Counted from the stretch's first letter, positions 38,148 to 48,532 are shown. The stretch: DNA of 64,000 nucleotides from Candidatus Magasanikiibacteriota bacterium (GCA_041666745.1 JBAYGI010000003.1:76782-140781), one strand, 5' to 3'. Program-made: numbers and translations. The notes: generated by a model not told the origin, from the letters alone.

Positions 38148-39308
38148 ATGCGGATCGCCATGATCGGACAAAAAGGGATTCCGGCAATCTACGGAGGCAT
38201 CGAACGCCACGTGGAAGATTTGTCGCGCGAACTGGTCAAACAAGGCCACGATGTTTTGGTATATGCCCGCGCTTGGTATACTTCTACCGCTTTAAAAAAT
38301 TACCACGGTGTAAAAATTGTCCATACTGCTACGATTCACACTAAACATCTAGACACTATCGCTCACACCTTTACCTCCACTTTAAATGCTTTGCGTCAAA
38401 ATTGTGATGTGATTCATTACCATGGTGTTGGTCCGGCTTTGTTGTCTTGGATTCCAAGAATATTTTCTCCAAAAACCAAAGTGATAGTTACTTTTCACTG
38501 TATTGATCGCTACCACCAAAAATGGGGCGTGCTAGCCAAACTCATGCTTTGGCTCGGTGAAAAAGCCGCTTGTACTTTTCCTCATCAAACGATCGCCGTT
38601 TCCAAAACAATCCAAAGTTATTGCTTGAACGAATATCATACCAAAACAGACTATATTCCAAACGGCGTAGTTATTTCCAAAAATAACAACGACGTCTTAT
38701 TGGAAAAATATAATCTCAAAACAGATAAATATATTTTGATGGTATCTCGTTTGGTGCGCCACAAAGGTGTCCATTATTTATTGGAAGCCTGGCAAATGGC
38801 TCGTCAGCAATATCCGGAATTGTTAAAAGATTATAAATTGGCAATTGTTGGTGGCAGTACATTTACCGATGACTATATTGAAGAATTACATTACATCGCC
38901 CGCGGTGATAAAAGTATCGTGTTTACCAATTGGTTGCACGGACAAATCTTGGAAGAAATTTATGCCAACTGCGCTTTGTATATCAATCCTTCGGAAAACG
39001 AAGGGATGCCGATAACGGTATTGCAAGCGATGGCTTATGGTAAGCCGGTGTTGTTGTCTGATATTCCTGAACATCTGGAATTGATTAATGACCGCAATTT
39101 CTTATTCCACAGTGCCAGTATCGTAGACTTGGCGGATAAAATAATCCGTTTGATTAAAGACGAAGATTTACGTGCTACGGCTGGATTGGAAAATAAAAAA
39201 CTTACCAAGAAGAACTTCAATTGGAGTGAACTAAGCAAACAAACTTTGGCTGTTTATTCTCCATTAGAAAAAATTAAAGCGGCTCGATTTAAGATTGCGC
39301 ATGTTTAA
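38148..39308 (+). CDS. GT4 glycosyltransferase
   Basis: MIGQKGIPAIYGGIE, IPNGV, SRLVRHKG, PSENEGMPITVLQAM. Confidence 0.9.
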   Translation: MRIAMIGQKGIPAIYGGIERHVEDLSRELVKQGHDVLVYARAWYTSTALKNYHGVKIVHTATIHTKHLDTIAHTFTSTLNALRQNCDVIHYHGVGPALLSWIPRIFSPKTKVIVTFHCIDRYHQKWGVLAKLMLWLGEKAACTFPHQTIAVSKTIQSYCLNEYHTKTDYIPNGVVISKNNNDVLLEKYNLKTDKYILMVSRLVRHKGVHYLLEAWQMARQQYPELLKDYKLAIVGGSTFTDDYIEELHYIARGDKSIVFTNWLHGQILEEIYANCALYINPSENEGMPITVLQAMAYGKPVLLSDIPEHLELINDRNFLFHSASIVDLADKIIRLIKDEDLRATAGLENKKLTKKNFNWSELSKQTLAVYSPLEKIKAARFKIAHV

Positions 39309-39335
39309 TTAACTGCGACAAAAAATAGAGAGAGA

Positions 39336-39405
39336 TTATATTTTTGCTTTTTTTGCCCGCGAGGGCAAAAGGATGAGCCTCGGCTCATAACCCGCAAAAA
39401 CATAA
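39336..39405 (+). repeat. Structured repeat family A copy 2
   Basis: GCTTTTTTTGCCC-GCGA-GGGCAAAAGGATGAGCCTCGGCTCATAACCCGC; between convergent genes. Confidence 0.85.
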
Positions 39406-39427
39406 CTTATCCCGATTTTTTTATATT

Positions 39428-40132
39428 TTATTTTTTAGCAGTGACGATTAAATTTCTGGCGCTTTTGTCATCCTTAGTGTTTTGTTCATCATCATAGAAC
39501 AAATTGATCTTTTTAAAACCGGTTTTTTGTAGAAGACTGTTTAATTCCTCTTTTGAAAAATGGTGATAGTATCGCTCGGAAACAATTTTGCCATCATTAT
39601 TTTTCCAAGGAACCATAAAATCATTATCCCCGATCTTTTGCCAATCTTTTTTTAACTTGCTTTGTGCCCAATCGGATTCCAGATTCCAAACGGTGATTAT
39701 TATCTGTCCGCCGGATTTCATCTCTTTGTAAACTTTTTTTAATAAATCTAGACGAGTTTTTTCATCCGGCAAATGATGGAACGAAGCGATCATAAAAACT
39801 AAATCGAAAAAATTGTCAGTAAATTTTTTATCGCGTGTGGCTGTTGAAAAAAAATTTACTTTACCGGACTCGATATCTACCGACCATTTTTTACGCGCAA
39901 TCTTTAACAATTCACCACTTTGATCCAACCCAAAATATTGGATTTTTTTATCTTTTAACAAAAATAATAGCCGTCCATTACCACAACCCCAATCCAAAAT
40001 ATTTTGACCGTCTTTAATTAATTTTTTAAACTGTTTCAGCTCATCCCAGAGATCAAAACGGGTACCTGAAAAACGTTCGGCAATGCGGTTGTAATCCTCG
40101 CGAGTTTTGTGTATAATGGCCTTTGAATCCAT
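39428..40132 (-). CDS. Class I SAM methyltransferase, Trm9/ALKBH8-like (putative tRNA cm5U34 methyltransferase)
   Basis: YNRIAERFSGTR..W, LDWGCGNG, IASFHHL...R, TVW, DFMVPW, RYYH.F...EL match the Trm9 motif order. Confidence 0.75.
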   Translation of the reverse strand: MDSKAIIHKTREDYNRIAERFSGTRFDLWDELKQFKKLIKDGQNILDWGCGNGRLLFLLKDKKIQYFGLDQSGELLKIARKKWSVDIESGKVNFFSTATRDKKFTDNFFDLVFMIASFHHLPDEKTRLDLLKKVYKEMKSGGQIIITVWNLESDWAQSKLKKDWQKIGDNDFMVPWKNNDGKIVSERYYHHFSKEELNSLLQKTGFKKINLFYDDEQNTKDDKSARNLIVTAKK

Positions 40133-41731
40133 ATGCAAACAATTGAAGAAAAAATTATCCTAGACTGTTATAAAAAACAGCCCAAAGACGCGGAGGCGCT
40201 CAATAGTATTAAGCGTCGAATTTTACGTACCGAAAAACCCGGTTACATCCCTACTTCCACCCAACTGCTTAAAGCATATCACAAACTGGTCAAACAAAAC
40301 AAGATAAAGATTAGTCCACAGCTCGAAAAAAATCTTTTGCGCCGAGCCGTACGGACTTTGTCTGGGGTGACTATAGTGACGGCGCTCACCAAACCGTTTC
40401 CTTGCCCCGGACAGTGTGTCTACTGCCCTACCGAAGCCCGTATGCCCAAAAGCTACCTATCAGACGAACCAGCCGCGGCTCGAGCTTTGTCTTTGCAGTT
40501 TGATCCTTACGAACAGGTCGCTCGCCGTTTGGATAGTCTGGAAAAAAACGGACATCCGACCGACAAAATAGAACTGATTGTAAAAGGTGGCACTTGGAAC
40601 GCTTACCCAATAAAATATCAATACTGGTTTATCGCTCGTTGTTTTGAGGCTTGCAATCATACCAAAAAAACTATCGTATCCGAAAAAATGTCTTTGGAAG
40701 AACTGCGAAAAAAGATGATCAAAATTCAAGCTAAAAACGAACTGGCCAAACATCGAATTATTGGTTTGACTTTGGAAACCAGACCCGACTTCATCAATGA
40801 AAAAAATATTACTGACATGCGTAATCTGGGATGTACTCGCGTGGAAATGGGCATACAACATACTGATGAAAATATTTTGAAATTAACCAAACGTGGACAT
40901 GGAGTAAACGAATCCGTGCAAGCCAGCAAACTTTTACGAAAATATGGTTTTAAATTGGATTATCATCTCATGCCACAACTACCGGGGAGCACTCCCAAAA
41001 AAGACCTCAACATGTTACGTAAAATATTTTCCGATAGTCGTTTTCGTCCGGACATGATTAAAATTTATCCATGCACGGTCGTAGAAAATTCCGAACTATA
41101 TTCTTGGTTGGCTGAAAAAAAATTCAAACCGTATTCAGACAAACAATTATTAAAAATTCTCAAAGAATTTAAATCAGACGTGCCATATTATGTTCGAATT
41201 TCCCGTTTGATTCGAGATATCCCTTCCAATCATATTAAGGCGGGAAATATGATGACCAATTTGCGTCAAGTTATCCAAGCCGAAATGATCGCCGAAGGTA
41301 AAAAATGTTCATGTTTGCGCTGTCGAGAAATTGGACATCAAAAACCAATTGATTGGTCCAAAGAAAAAATAAAATTCTTTATCGATATATACGAATCCAG
41401 TGACGGCACCGAATATTTTTTAAGTTTTGAAAACACTAAACGCAGTGCAGTGTTGGGTTTTTGTCGTTTACGTATCGATAAAAATGGAATCTATCCGGCC
41501 TTTATACGCGAATTGCATATCTACGGACAATCACTTGAAATAGCCCAGAAAGAAAAAGGTGCCAGCCAGCACACCGGACTGGGTAAAAAACTGATGCAAG
41601 CGGCAATAAAAATTTGTAAACAAAATAAAATACCGCGCTTGGCAGTAATTTCCGGTGTTGGGGTGCGCGATTATTATCGTAAACTGGGAGCAAAGTTGGA
41701 AAATACTTATATGGTGTTTGACATTAAATAA
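40133..41731 (+). CDS. elp3: Elp3-type radical SAM/GNAT tRNA U34 carboxymethyltransferase
   Basis: VRTLSGV, CPGQCVYCP, PKSY, GLTLETRPD, RPDMIKIYP, CLRCREIG, IRELHIYG, QHTGLG, ISGVGVRDYYRKLG. Confidence 0.92.
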   Translation: MQTIEEKIILDCYKKQPKDAEALNSIKRRILRTEKPGYIPTSTQLLKAYHKLVKQNKIKISPQLEKNLLRRAVRTLSGVTIVTALTKPFPCPGQCVYCPTEARMPKSYLSDEPAAARALSLQFDPYEQVARRLDSLEKNGHPTDKIELIVKGGTWNAYPIKYQYWFIARCFEACNHTKKTIVSEKMSLEELRKKMIKIQAKNELAKHRIIGLTLETRPDFINEKNITDMRNLGCTRVEMGIQHTDENILKLTKRGHGVNESVQASKLLRKYGFKLDYHLMPQLPGSTPKKDLNMLRKIFSDSRFRPDMIKIYPCTVVENSELYSWLAEKKFKPYSDKQLLKILKEFKSDVPYYVRISRLIRDIPSNHIKAGNMMTNLRQVIQAEMIAEGKKCSCLRCREIGHQKPIDWSKEKIKFFIDIYESSDGTEYFLSFENTKRSAVLGFCRLRIDKNGIYPAFIRELHIYGQSLEIAQKEKGASQHTGLGKKLMQAAIKICKQNKIPRLAVISGVGVRDYYRKLGAKLENTYMVFDIK

Positions 41732-41744
41732 CAAACCTCGCTAT

Positions 41745-41773
41745 TTGCCTGTCTATTACCGGCGTGGTAATAT
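41745..41773 (+). promoter_or_regulatory. sigma70 promoter of glyA
   Basis: TTGCCT-N17-TAATAT with extended TG. Confidence 0.55.
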
Positions 41774-41804
41774 AGATACTAACGATAAATATTACATATG
41801 ATCT

Positions 41805-41981
41805 AAAAATAAATATTTCCCTTCACTCACAGTGAAAATACTCGGTAAATTTGTGACTCACTCGGCTCTGACTCTGAACTCGTCGCTTGACGCTCCTCAA
41901 ACAGCAGAGTCAGCCACGCCTCGTTTGTCTACAAATTTTACCTCATATTTTCAATGTTCGTTCAGGAAAATATTTATTTTT
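41805..41981. repeat. Long imperfect hairpin repeat, family B copy 2 (glyA leader)
   Basis: AATTTGTGACTC..GCTCTGACTCTGAACTCG..CTCAAACAGCAGAGTCAGC..GTCTACAAATT. Confidence 0.8.
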
Positions 41982-42001
41982 TTCTTAATTTTTACAATAT
42001 T

Positions 42002-43249
42002 ATGTATACACATACTTTGAGTGAGTTCGATCCGGATGTTTTGAGCAGTATTAAAAAAGAACAACAGCGCCAAGAAGAAGGACTGGAAATGATTCCTTCG
42101 GAAAATTTTGTTTCGCCGGCGGTTTTGGAAGCGCTCGGATCTGTATTGACTAATAAATATTCTGAAGGCTATATTGGAAAAAGATATTATGGTGGTTGTG
42201 AATTTATTGATGAGGTAGAGCAATTGGCGATTGATCGCGCTAAACAACTGTTTGGAGCTGAACATGTCAACGTTCAACCGCTTTCCGGCGCGCCGGCCAA
42301 TATTGCGGTGTATTTTGCGTTGATGCAACCTGGCGACACAATATTAGGGATGGATTTGTCTCATGGCGGACATTTGACCCACGGACATCCGGTAACCTAT
42401 ATGGCCAAAGTTTTTAATTTTATTCGTTACAAAACTGACGCGGAGGGAAAAATCGATTTGGACAATTTACGACAAATTGCAATCGAGCACAAACCAAAAA
42501 TTGTTTTAGTTGGATACAGCGCCTACTCTCGTGAAATCGAATATGAAAAAATAAAAGCTATCGCCGATGAAGTCGGCGCGATTACTATGGCGGATGTGGC
42601 TCACATCGCCGGACTGATTGCGGGAGGAGTTATGAATAATCCAGTGCCAATTTTTGATGTGGTTACCACCACCACCCACAAAACATTACGCGGTCCGCGC
42701 GGTGGTATGATTATGTGTAAAGAAAAATTTGCCAGCGCTATCGACAAAGCAGTTTTTCCGGGTCTCCAAGGTGGTCCACATGAAAACAATATTGCCGCCA
42801 AAGCGGTTGCTTTCAAAGAAGCTTTGTTACCTGAGTTCAAAGAATACGCTGTCCAAATAAAAAAGAATGCCAAAACATTGGAAGAAGAATTTAATAAATT
42901 GGGATACAAATTATGTTTTGGAGGCACCGACAATCATTTACTGTTAATTGATGTAACTATAAAAGGCATTGGCGGAAAACAAGCCCAAATCGCCCTAGAC
43001 AAAGCCGGCATTACAGTAAATAAAAACATGATCCCCGATGACACCCGCTCACCATTTGACCCATCAGGCATTCGTCTGGGCACACCAGCCCTCACCACTC
43101 GCGGGATGAAAGAAAATGAAATGTGTAAAATTGCGATTTGGATAGATGAAGCGATTTTAAATTATAATAACGAAGAAAAACTAGCTGACATAAAAAACCA
43201 AGTAAAAGAACTAACAAAAAACTTCCCGTTATACCCAACCATAAAATAA
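42002..43249 (+). CDS. glyA: Serine hydroxymethyltransferase
   Basis: [36 protein letters not shown]; start at MYTHTL. Confidence 0.97.
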   Translation: MYTHTLSEFDPDVLSSIKKEQQRQEEGLEMIPSENFVSPAVLEALGSVLTNKYSEGYIGKRYYGGCEFIDEVEQLAIDRAKQLFGAEHVNVQPLSGAPANIAVYFALMQPGDTILGMDLSHGGHLTHGHPVTYMAKVFNFIRYKTDAEGKIDLDNLRQIAIEHKPKIVLVGYSAYSREIEYEKIKAIADEVGAITMADVAHIAGLIAGGVMNNPVPIFDVVTTTTHKTLRGPRGGMIMCKEKFASAIDKAVFPGLQGGPHENNIAAKAVAFKEALLPEFKEYAVQIKKNAKTLEEEFNKLGYKLCFGGTDNHLLLIDVTIKGIGGKQAQIALDKAGITVNKNMIPDDTRSPFDPSGIRLGTPALTTRGMKENEMCKIAIWIDEAILNYNNEEKLADIKNQVKELTKNFPLYPTIK

Positions 43250-43280
43250 ACAAAAAAAATACAAAAAACAAAACACAGAA

Positions 43281-43372
43281 GTAGCGATAGATGGTCTTTG
43301 AGCGGGTTATGAGCCGAGGCTCATCCTTTTGCCCTCGCGGGCAAAAAAAGCGAAAAGACTATCTATCACTAC
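43281..43372 (-). repeat. Structured repeat family A copy 3 (inverted orientation)
   Basis: Reverse complement carries the same core as 31621-31682 and 39341-39400; between convergent genes. Confidence 0.85.
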
Positions 43373-43391
43373 GAAAAAAAAATTGGAACAA

Positions 43392-43420
43392 AAAAACTCG
43401 TTTAATGTAAACGAGTTTTT
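43392..43420. terminator. Bidirectional intrinsic terminator
   Basis: AAAAACTCGTTT/AAACGAGTTTTT between glyA and pyk. Confidence 0.7.
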
Positions 43421-43425
43421 ATTTG

Positions 43426-44865
43426 TTATTTTACATCACGTACTTCAAGTAGATTTATCGTTCCCGCCTCTCCTACTGGTTCCCCCGCCACCACAATCAC
43501 CTTATCTCCTTTTTTTACCAAATGTCTCTTTTTGATATAACTGACGGAATTTTCAACTAACTCCTCAATCGTACGACAAGGATGCAAAATGAACGGACGA
43601 ACTCCCCAAGATAAATTTAATTGACGTTGGACACGCTCACTCGTAGTGGCCACCACAATGTGAACATTGGGTCGAACACTACTGATCGATCTACCGGTAT
43701 CTCCAGAAATAGATGCCACCAAAATAGCTTTGGCTTTTACTTCTTCAGCCAAAACTCGTGATAAATTTGTAATAGCATTTTCCGAACTGACATTGCTTTC
43801 TTTAATAATCGGTATCAACATGTCATCGTAGTGAGATTTTTCAGTCGTAGCGATAATATCCGCCATAGTTTCCACTACCAATATTGGGTGTTCACCGACC
43901 GATGTTTCATTGGAGAGCATCACCGCATCGGCATGATCAATAACCGCGTTGGCCACATCAGACACCTCAGCGCGCGTAGGACGACGGCTGGAGCTCATAG
44001 AATCAAGCATCTGGGTCGCCACAATCACCGGCTTGGCGGCTTTATTGGCCGCTTCGATAATTCTTTTTTGCACCAAAGGTACTTCGGCCGCTCGAATCTC
44101 CACTCCCAAATCACCACGAGCCACCATTACACCATCGGCGGCGGCCAAAATTGATTCAATATTTTCGACAGCTTGCGGACGTTCGATTTTGGCAATAATT
44201 TGAATCGGATGTTCTGATTTCAAACCCAACTTGTCTTCGTATTCTTTAATCAAAAAACGGGTATCCAAAATATCTTCGGCGCGATTTACAAATGATATCG
44301 CTACCATATCCACTCCCATCTTTACACCAAAAAGTAAATCCTCTTTGTCTTTGATGGTCAATGAAGATAAAGAAATATTACTGTCAGGCAAATTCACTCC
44401 TTTGTGAGAAGTCAACAAACCACCTTCAACTACTTTGGCAAATATTTTACCATCGGCTAGTTTGTCAATTTTGGTTTCACAACGCCCGTCATTGATAAGC
44501 AATCTATCCCCCGGTTTCAAAAAATTATACAATTCCGGATGATTAAAAGGAATGGCGTCTTTTTTGTATTTATCAATCTTGGTATCAAAAATAATTTCTT
44601 GATCATCTGTTATCTCCACGCCCGCTTCCGGCATTTCTCCTATTCTAATTTTTGGACCTTGCAAGTCTTGTAAAATAATAATCGGTTCATCCATTTCTTT
44701 TTCCAACTCTCGAATATTGTTATAAATTTTTGTAAACTCGTCATAATTGCCGTGAGAAAAATTTAAACGAGCGCAATTCATACCGGCATGAACCATTTGT
44801 TTCAAAATCTCTTTGTCTTCGCAAGCCGGACCGATAGTAGCGACAATTTTGGTGTGTTTGTGCAT
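43426..44865 (-). CDS. pyk: Pyruvate kinase
   Basis: TKIVATIGP, RLNFSHG, DLQGPKIR, MVARGDLGVE, ATQMLDSM, PTRAEVSDVANA. Confidence 0.97.
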   Translation of the reverse strand: MHKHTKIVATIGPACEDKEILKQMVHAGMNCARLNFSHGNYDEFTKIYNNIRELEKEMDEPIIILQDLQGPKIRIGEMPEAGVEITDDQEIIFDTKIDKYKKDAIPFNHPELYNFLKPGDRLLINDGRCETKIDKLADGKIFAKVVEGGLLTSHKGVNLPDSNISLSSLTIKDKEDLLFGVKMGVDMVAISFVNRAEDILDTRFLIKEYEDKLGLKSEHPIQIIAKIERPQAVENIESILAAADGVMVARGDLGVEIRAAEVPLVQKRIIEAANKAAKPVIVATQMLDSMSSSRRPTRAEVSDVANAVIDHADAVMLSNETSVGEHPILVVETMADIIATTEKSHYDDMLIPIIKESNVSSENAITNLSRVLAEEVKAKAILVASISGDTGRSISSVRPNVHIVVATTSERVQRQLNLSWGVRPFILHPCRTIEELVENSVSYIKKRHLVKKGDKVIVVAGEPVGEAGTINLLEVRDVK

Positions 44866-44869
44866 AAAA

Positions 44870-45289
44870 TTATTTTAATAACACTTTTAGCTGTTCTTGT
44901 TTGGCCGGATCAAGTGGTAAAATTTTTAATAGTTGATCAATCGAATTGGAATTGTTGGTATTATTGGTATCAGTCGTAGTCTTGCCACCCAACAAACCGC
45001 CATAAGTATTTTGCAAATCTTTGATCAGTGGTGGCAAAAACCAAATTGCCAAAACTAACGGTATTACAATAATCAAAATTCGAAACCAATTGGCAATCGC
45101 CGACCACATCAATTTGTTGTTTATTTTACGATTTTGTTCGTAGATTATTTGCGACCATTTTAAATTTTTCTCCAACAACTCTTTGATGGTTTCGGTGTCA
45201 GTTTTTGGAGTGAGTTTTTTCTCCTCGGTAGAAGTGGAAATGGTTTTGTTTTCCTCTTTTGGGTCGGTCGTATTTTTATGTCTAAACAT
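44870..45289 (-). CDS. Hypothetical single-TM protein
   Basis: Fills operon gap; coiled coil plus one TM. Confidence 0.7.
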   Translation of the reverse strand: MFRHKNTTDPKEENKTISTSTEEKKLTPKTDTETIKELLEKNLKWSQIIYEQNRKINNKLMWSAIANWFRILIIVIPLVLAIWFLPPLIKDLQNTYGGLLGGKTTTDTNNTNNSNSIDQLLKILPLDPAKQEQLKVLLK

Positions 45290-45290
45290 A

Positions 45291-45740
45291 TTATTTGCTT
45301 AAACGCTTTAATTCATTTTCAAAATTTTTAACATCTTTGAAATCCCGATAAATACTGGCAAAACGAATGTAGGCGACTTTATCAAATCCGCGTAAATTTT
45401 TCATCACAATTTCACCCAGCTCGCCACTGCTGATTTCGTGTTTTTTCTTTTTTTGGATATCACGCTCAATCCCGTGTAAAAGCTGATGAAAATTTTCTTG
45501 TGTAAATGATCGTTTGGTCAATGATCTTTTGATACCATTTTCCAATTTATCACGCATATACGCTTCACGACGACCATCGCGTTTTACTACTATCAAATCC
45601 AATAATTCATTTTCTTCAATGGTAGAAAATCGATAATGACACTTGTCACATTCACGACGCCGACGAGTAGCCAGATCATTTTCCGCAGAACGAGTATCTA
45701 CTACACTGGTATTCTTGTGATTACAAACTGGACATCTCAT
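45291..45740 (-). CDS. nrdR: Transcriptional repressor NrdR
   Basis: MRCPVC, RRRRECDKC..RFST.E, ATP-cone, DKVAYIRFASIY. Confidence 0.95.
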   Translation of the reverse strand: MRCPVCNHKNTSVVDTRSAENDLATRRRRECDKCHYRFSTIEENELLDLIVVKRDGRREAYMRDKLENGIKRSLTKRSFTQENFHQLLHGIERDIQKKKKHEISSGELGEIVMKNLRGFDKVAYIRFASIYRDFKDVKNFENELKRLSK

Positions 45741-45792
45741 ATAAACTACAAACTTTACCAAATAATAATACCATTTTTCCTTTTAAAAAACA

Positions 45793-45854
45793 ATCCCGAC
45801 TAAGTCGGGATATGGAAACAGACTTGTTAGATCCCCGCTTTCGCGGGGATGACA
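45793..45854. repeat. REP-like hairpins downstream of ftsZ
   Basis: ATCCCGAC-TAA-GTCGGGAT, and TAGATCCCCGCTTTCGCGGGGATGACA (same family as 21676-21734). Confidence 0.75.
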
Positions 45855-45861
45855 AAAATAG

Positions 45862-47097
45862 TTAAATACCCATTTTTTTACGAATAAAAGCCGGAATTTC
45901 CAATTCATCGTCTGCTTTGGTTTTTGGAGCGGATATCGGCGCTGGTCTGACTTCTTCTTTTGGTAAAACATAACTGGTTGGGGGCGGAGTCGGTGCAACC
46001 GGTTTTTGAGTAAATTGCTTAAACTTCTTTTCCTCTTCTTCTTCCTCTTTTTGGGCTCGACGCAAAAAATTGGTATTACCAAATTTGCTAGCGCCAAAAA
46101 ATGAAGTGCTTTCTTCGTCGCTATTATTGATCAAACTAGCTTGACGATCATCAAACCCACTGGCGATTACTGTAATACGAACACTACCGGTCAGAGTTTC
46201 ATCGATAGTCGCGCCAAAAATAACTTTGGCATCTTCAGCGGCTGAGCTGGTAATAATCTTGGCCGCTTCACTAACTTCACTCATTGCCAAATCAGCACCG
46301 CCGGTAATAGTAAACAAGATTCCATGAGCACCATCGATCGACAGCTCCAACAACGGACTGGAAATGGCCATCTTGGCGGCATCAATCGCTCTATTATCTC
46401 CGGTACCGGTACCAATGCCCATCAAAGCCGAACCGGTGTTTTGCATAATAGTTTTGACATCGGCAAAGTCAACGTTGATCAGTGATGGTGTAGTGATAAT
46501 TTCAGAAATTCCTTGAACACCTTGACGCAAAACATCATCAACAATTTTGAACGCTTCAAGTAAAGTAGTTTTTTTATCAATGACTTGTAAAATACGATCG
46601 TTTGGAATAGTAATAATAGCATCGACATTGCGCGCCAATTTTTCCCAAGAAGTGTCTGCAATATCGCGACGTTTTGGACCTTCAAATCCAAATGGTTTTG
46701 TAACTACTGCGACGGTCAATGCGCCCAACTCTTTGGCTACTTCCGCTACTACCGCACTAGCACCAGATCCGGTGCCACCACCCAAGCCACAGGTGATAAA
46801 CACCATGTCGCTATCTTTGAGAATATCTCGAATTTCATTTTGCGATTCCTCGGCCGCTTTTCTACCAACTTCCGGATCCATTCCAGCCCCCAAACCACGA
46901 GTAACACTTTTGCCAATATGTAATTTCTGAGGAGCAGAATTGTGATGCAAAGCCTGCACATCGGTATTTAATACCACAAAATCCACACCACGAATTTTGG
47001 CCGCCACCATACGATTGACAGCCGAACCACCAGAGCCCCCAACTCCAACGACTTTAATTTTTGCAAAGGTTTCCATTTCCGGTTTAACTTGGGGCAT
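45862..47097 (-). CDS. ftsZ: Cell division protein FtsZ
   Basis: GVGGSG, GLGGGTGSG, NVDFADV, C-terminal EIPAFIRK. Confidence 0.98.
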   Translation of the reverse strand: MPQVKPEMETFAKIKVVGVGGSGGSAVNRMVAAKIRGVDFVVLNTDVQALHHNSAPQKLHIGKSVTRGLGAGMDPEVGRKAAEESQNEIRDILKDSDMVFITCGLGGGTGSGASAVVAEVAKELGALTVAVVTKPFGFEGPKRRDIADTSWEKLARNVDAIITIPNDRILQVIDKKTTLLEAFKIVDDVLRQGVQGISEIITTPSLINVDFADVKTIMQNTGSALMGIGTGTGDNRAIDAAKMAISSPLLELSIDGAHGILFTITGGADLAMSEVSEAAKIITSSAAEDAKVIFGATIDETLTGSVRITVIASGFDDRQASLINNSDEESTSFFGASKFGNTNFLRRAQKEEEEEEKKFKQFTQKPVAPTPPPTSYVLPKEEVRPAPISAPKTKADDELEIPAFIRKKMGI

Positions 47098-47169
47098 AAA
47101 GAATGTTAGTGTGAATAATTTTTGTATTCAACCTCTAAAAATAAAAATAGTGGAGGTTATCCGCTATTT

Positions 47170-47198
47170 AGTTTATACGAGGCGACTGTAGATGTCAA
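47170..47198 (-). promoter_or_regulatory. sigma70 promoter of ftsZ
   Basis: TTGACA-N17-TAAACT. Confidence 0.65.
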
Positions 47199-47226
47199 GA
47201 AACAAATTTGTATTCAATGTGAACAA

Positions 47227-48507
47227 TTAAGGTAATAAGGCTTTGAACCAATCTTTTACAGCTGTCGCGGAACCGCCCATTTTTTTGATTCCACCCAACA
47301 CGCCTGCGCTCTTTGTTTTTTTACTACCTTGAGACATCATACTGCCCCATTTTACCAAACCAACCACATTTACAAAAGACAAATCATTGATCTTGTCGGT
47401 AGCACTAATAAAATTCAACGGGTAACCAAGAGTGGCCGGTAAACGTAAATACTTTTTTGCCGCTTCAATCAAACCGGGCAGTTTCGCCCCGCCACCGGTA
47501 AACACTACTCCGGCCGGAAGCATGCCACTACGTTGTACTTTTCGTAATTCGCCATCTATTTTTTGCATGATTTCTTCGACGCGCGCTTCGATGATTTCGC
47601 TTAAATATTTTCTCTTGATCAATTCGTGTTCTCCGTTGCCCAATTCATACAAATCAATTTCGTCTTTTTTGGACACAGTGTTGGCAAAACAATCACCGTG
47701 TTCTACCTTTACACGTTCGGCTACCTCGATTGGAATTCGCAGACCGATAGCGATATCATTGGTAATGTGTTCAGAGCCAATCGGCAAAATCGTCGAATGC
47801 AATATCTCCCCTTCTTCATATATCGCCAAACTGGTGGTCGCGGATCCAAGGTCAACTATCGCTACTCCCAAATCTTTTTGACGGTTGGTCAAAGCCGCTT
47901 CGCTGGTCGCCAAAACCGACAAAACCAAATCTTCAATCTCCAACCCGGAACGATAAATCGCTTTTGTTAAATTTTTAATTTGCGCTGATGCTCCCAAAAT
48001 AATCTGGGCGTCCACTTCGAGACGAATACCGGTCATGCCAACCGGGTCTTTGATACCGGTTTGACCATCAACTGAAAATCGCTTTGGTAAAACATGTAGC
48101 ACTTCGTAATTTAATGGCGTAGAAATAGATCGTGCCGCCTCTAGCGCTCGCTGAACATCCGCTTCAGAAATTTCATTTTCAGATTTTGAAGCCGCCACTA
48201 CTCCTTTGCTGTTTTGTGACATGATATGCAAACCCGATACCCCCACCCAAACAGTATCTATCGGCATACCCACTGTGCGTTCCATTTTTTCCAAACATGA
48301 CGATACTGATGACACTACATCTTCAATACTACTAATCGCGCCCTTGTGCATCCCCTCGGCTACTACCTCGGCTGCCCCCAAAATCTGCATATCCGGCTGT
48401 AAATCATCATGGCCGTTGTAAACCAGCTGACCAACTGCCATACGCACCATACTAGACCCGATATCCAACCCGGCAATTAAATTGTTTTTGGCTTTGGCCA
48501 TAATCAA
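47227..48507 (-). CDS. ftsA: Cell division protein FtsA
   Basis: GLDIGS, PVGMTGIRLE, HITNDIA, IIEARVEEI, VFTGGGA. Confidence 0.96.
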   Translation of the reverse strand: MIMAKAKNNLIAGLDIGSSMVRMAVGQLVYNGHDDLQPDMQILGAAEVVAEGMHKGAISSIEDVVSSVSSCLEKMERTVGMPIDTVWVGVSGLHIMSQNSKGVVAASKSENEISEADVQRALEAARSISTPLNYEVLHVLPKRFSVDGQTGIKDPVGMTGIRLEVDAQIILGASAQIKNLTKAIYRSGLEIEDLVLSVLATSEAALTNRQKDLGVAIVDLGSATTSLAIYEEGEILHSTILPIGSEHITNDIAIGLRIPIEVAERVKVEHGDCFANTVSKKDEIDLYELGNGEHELIKRKYLSEIIEARVEEIMQKIDGELRKVQRSGMLPAGVVFTGGGAKLPGLIEAAKKYLRLPATLGYPLNFISATDKINDLSFVNVVGLVKWGSMMSQGSKKTKSAGVLGGIKKMGGSATAVKDWFKALLP

Positions 48508-48532
48508 ATATTTTACGAACTCCTATTATACA

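Noticed and set aside
41805-41981. Glycine, ZTP or THF riboswitch before glyA, and the ORF-track GTG start at 41954
   Set aside because: Lacks those consensus motifs and has a homolog at 29102 unrelated to one-carbon genes; SHMT homology begins near 42002
45783-46097. 104-aa ORF overlapping the ftsZ 3' end
   Set aside because: Alternative-frame shadow of ftsZ running into REP hairpins
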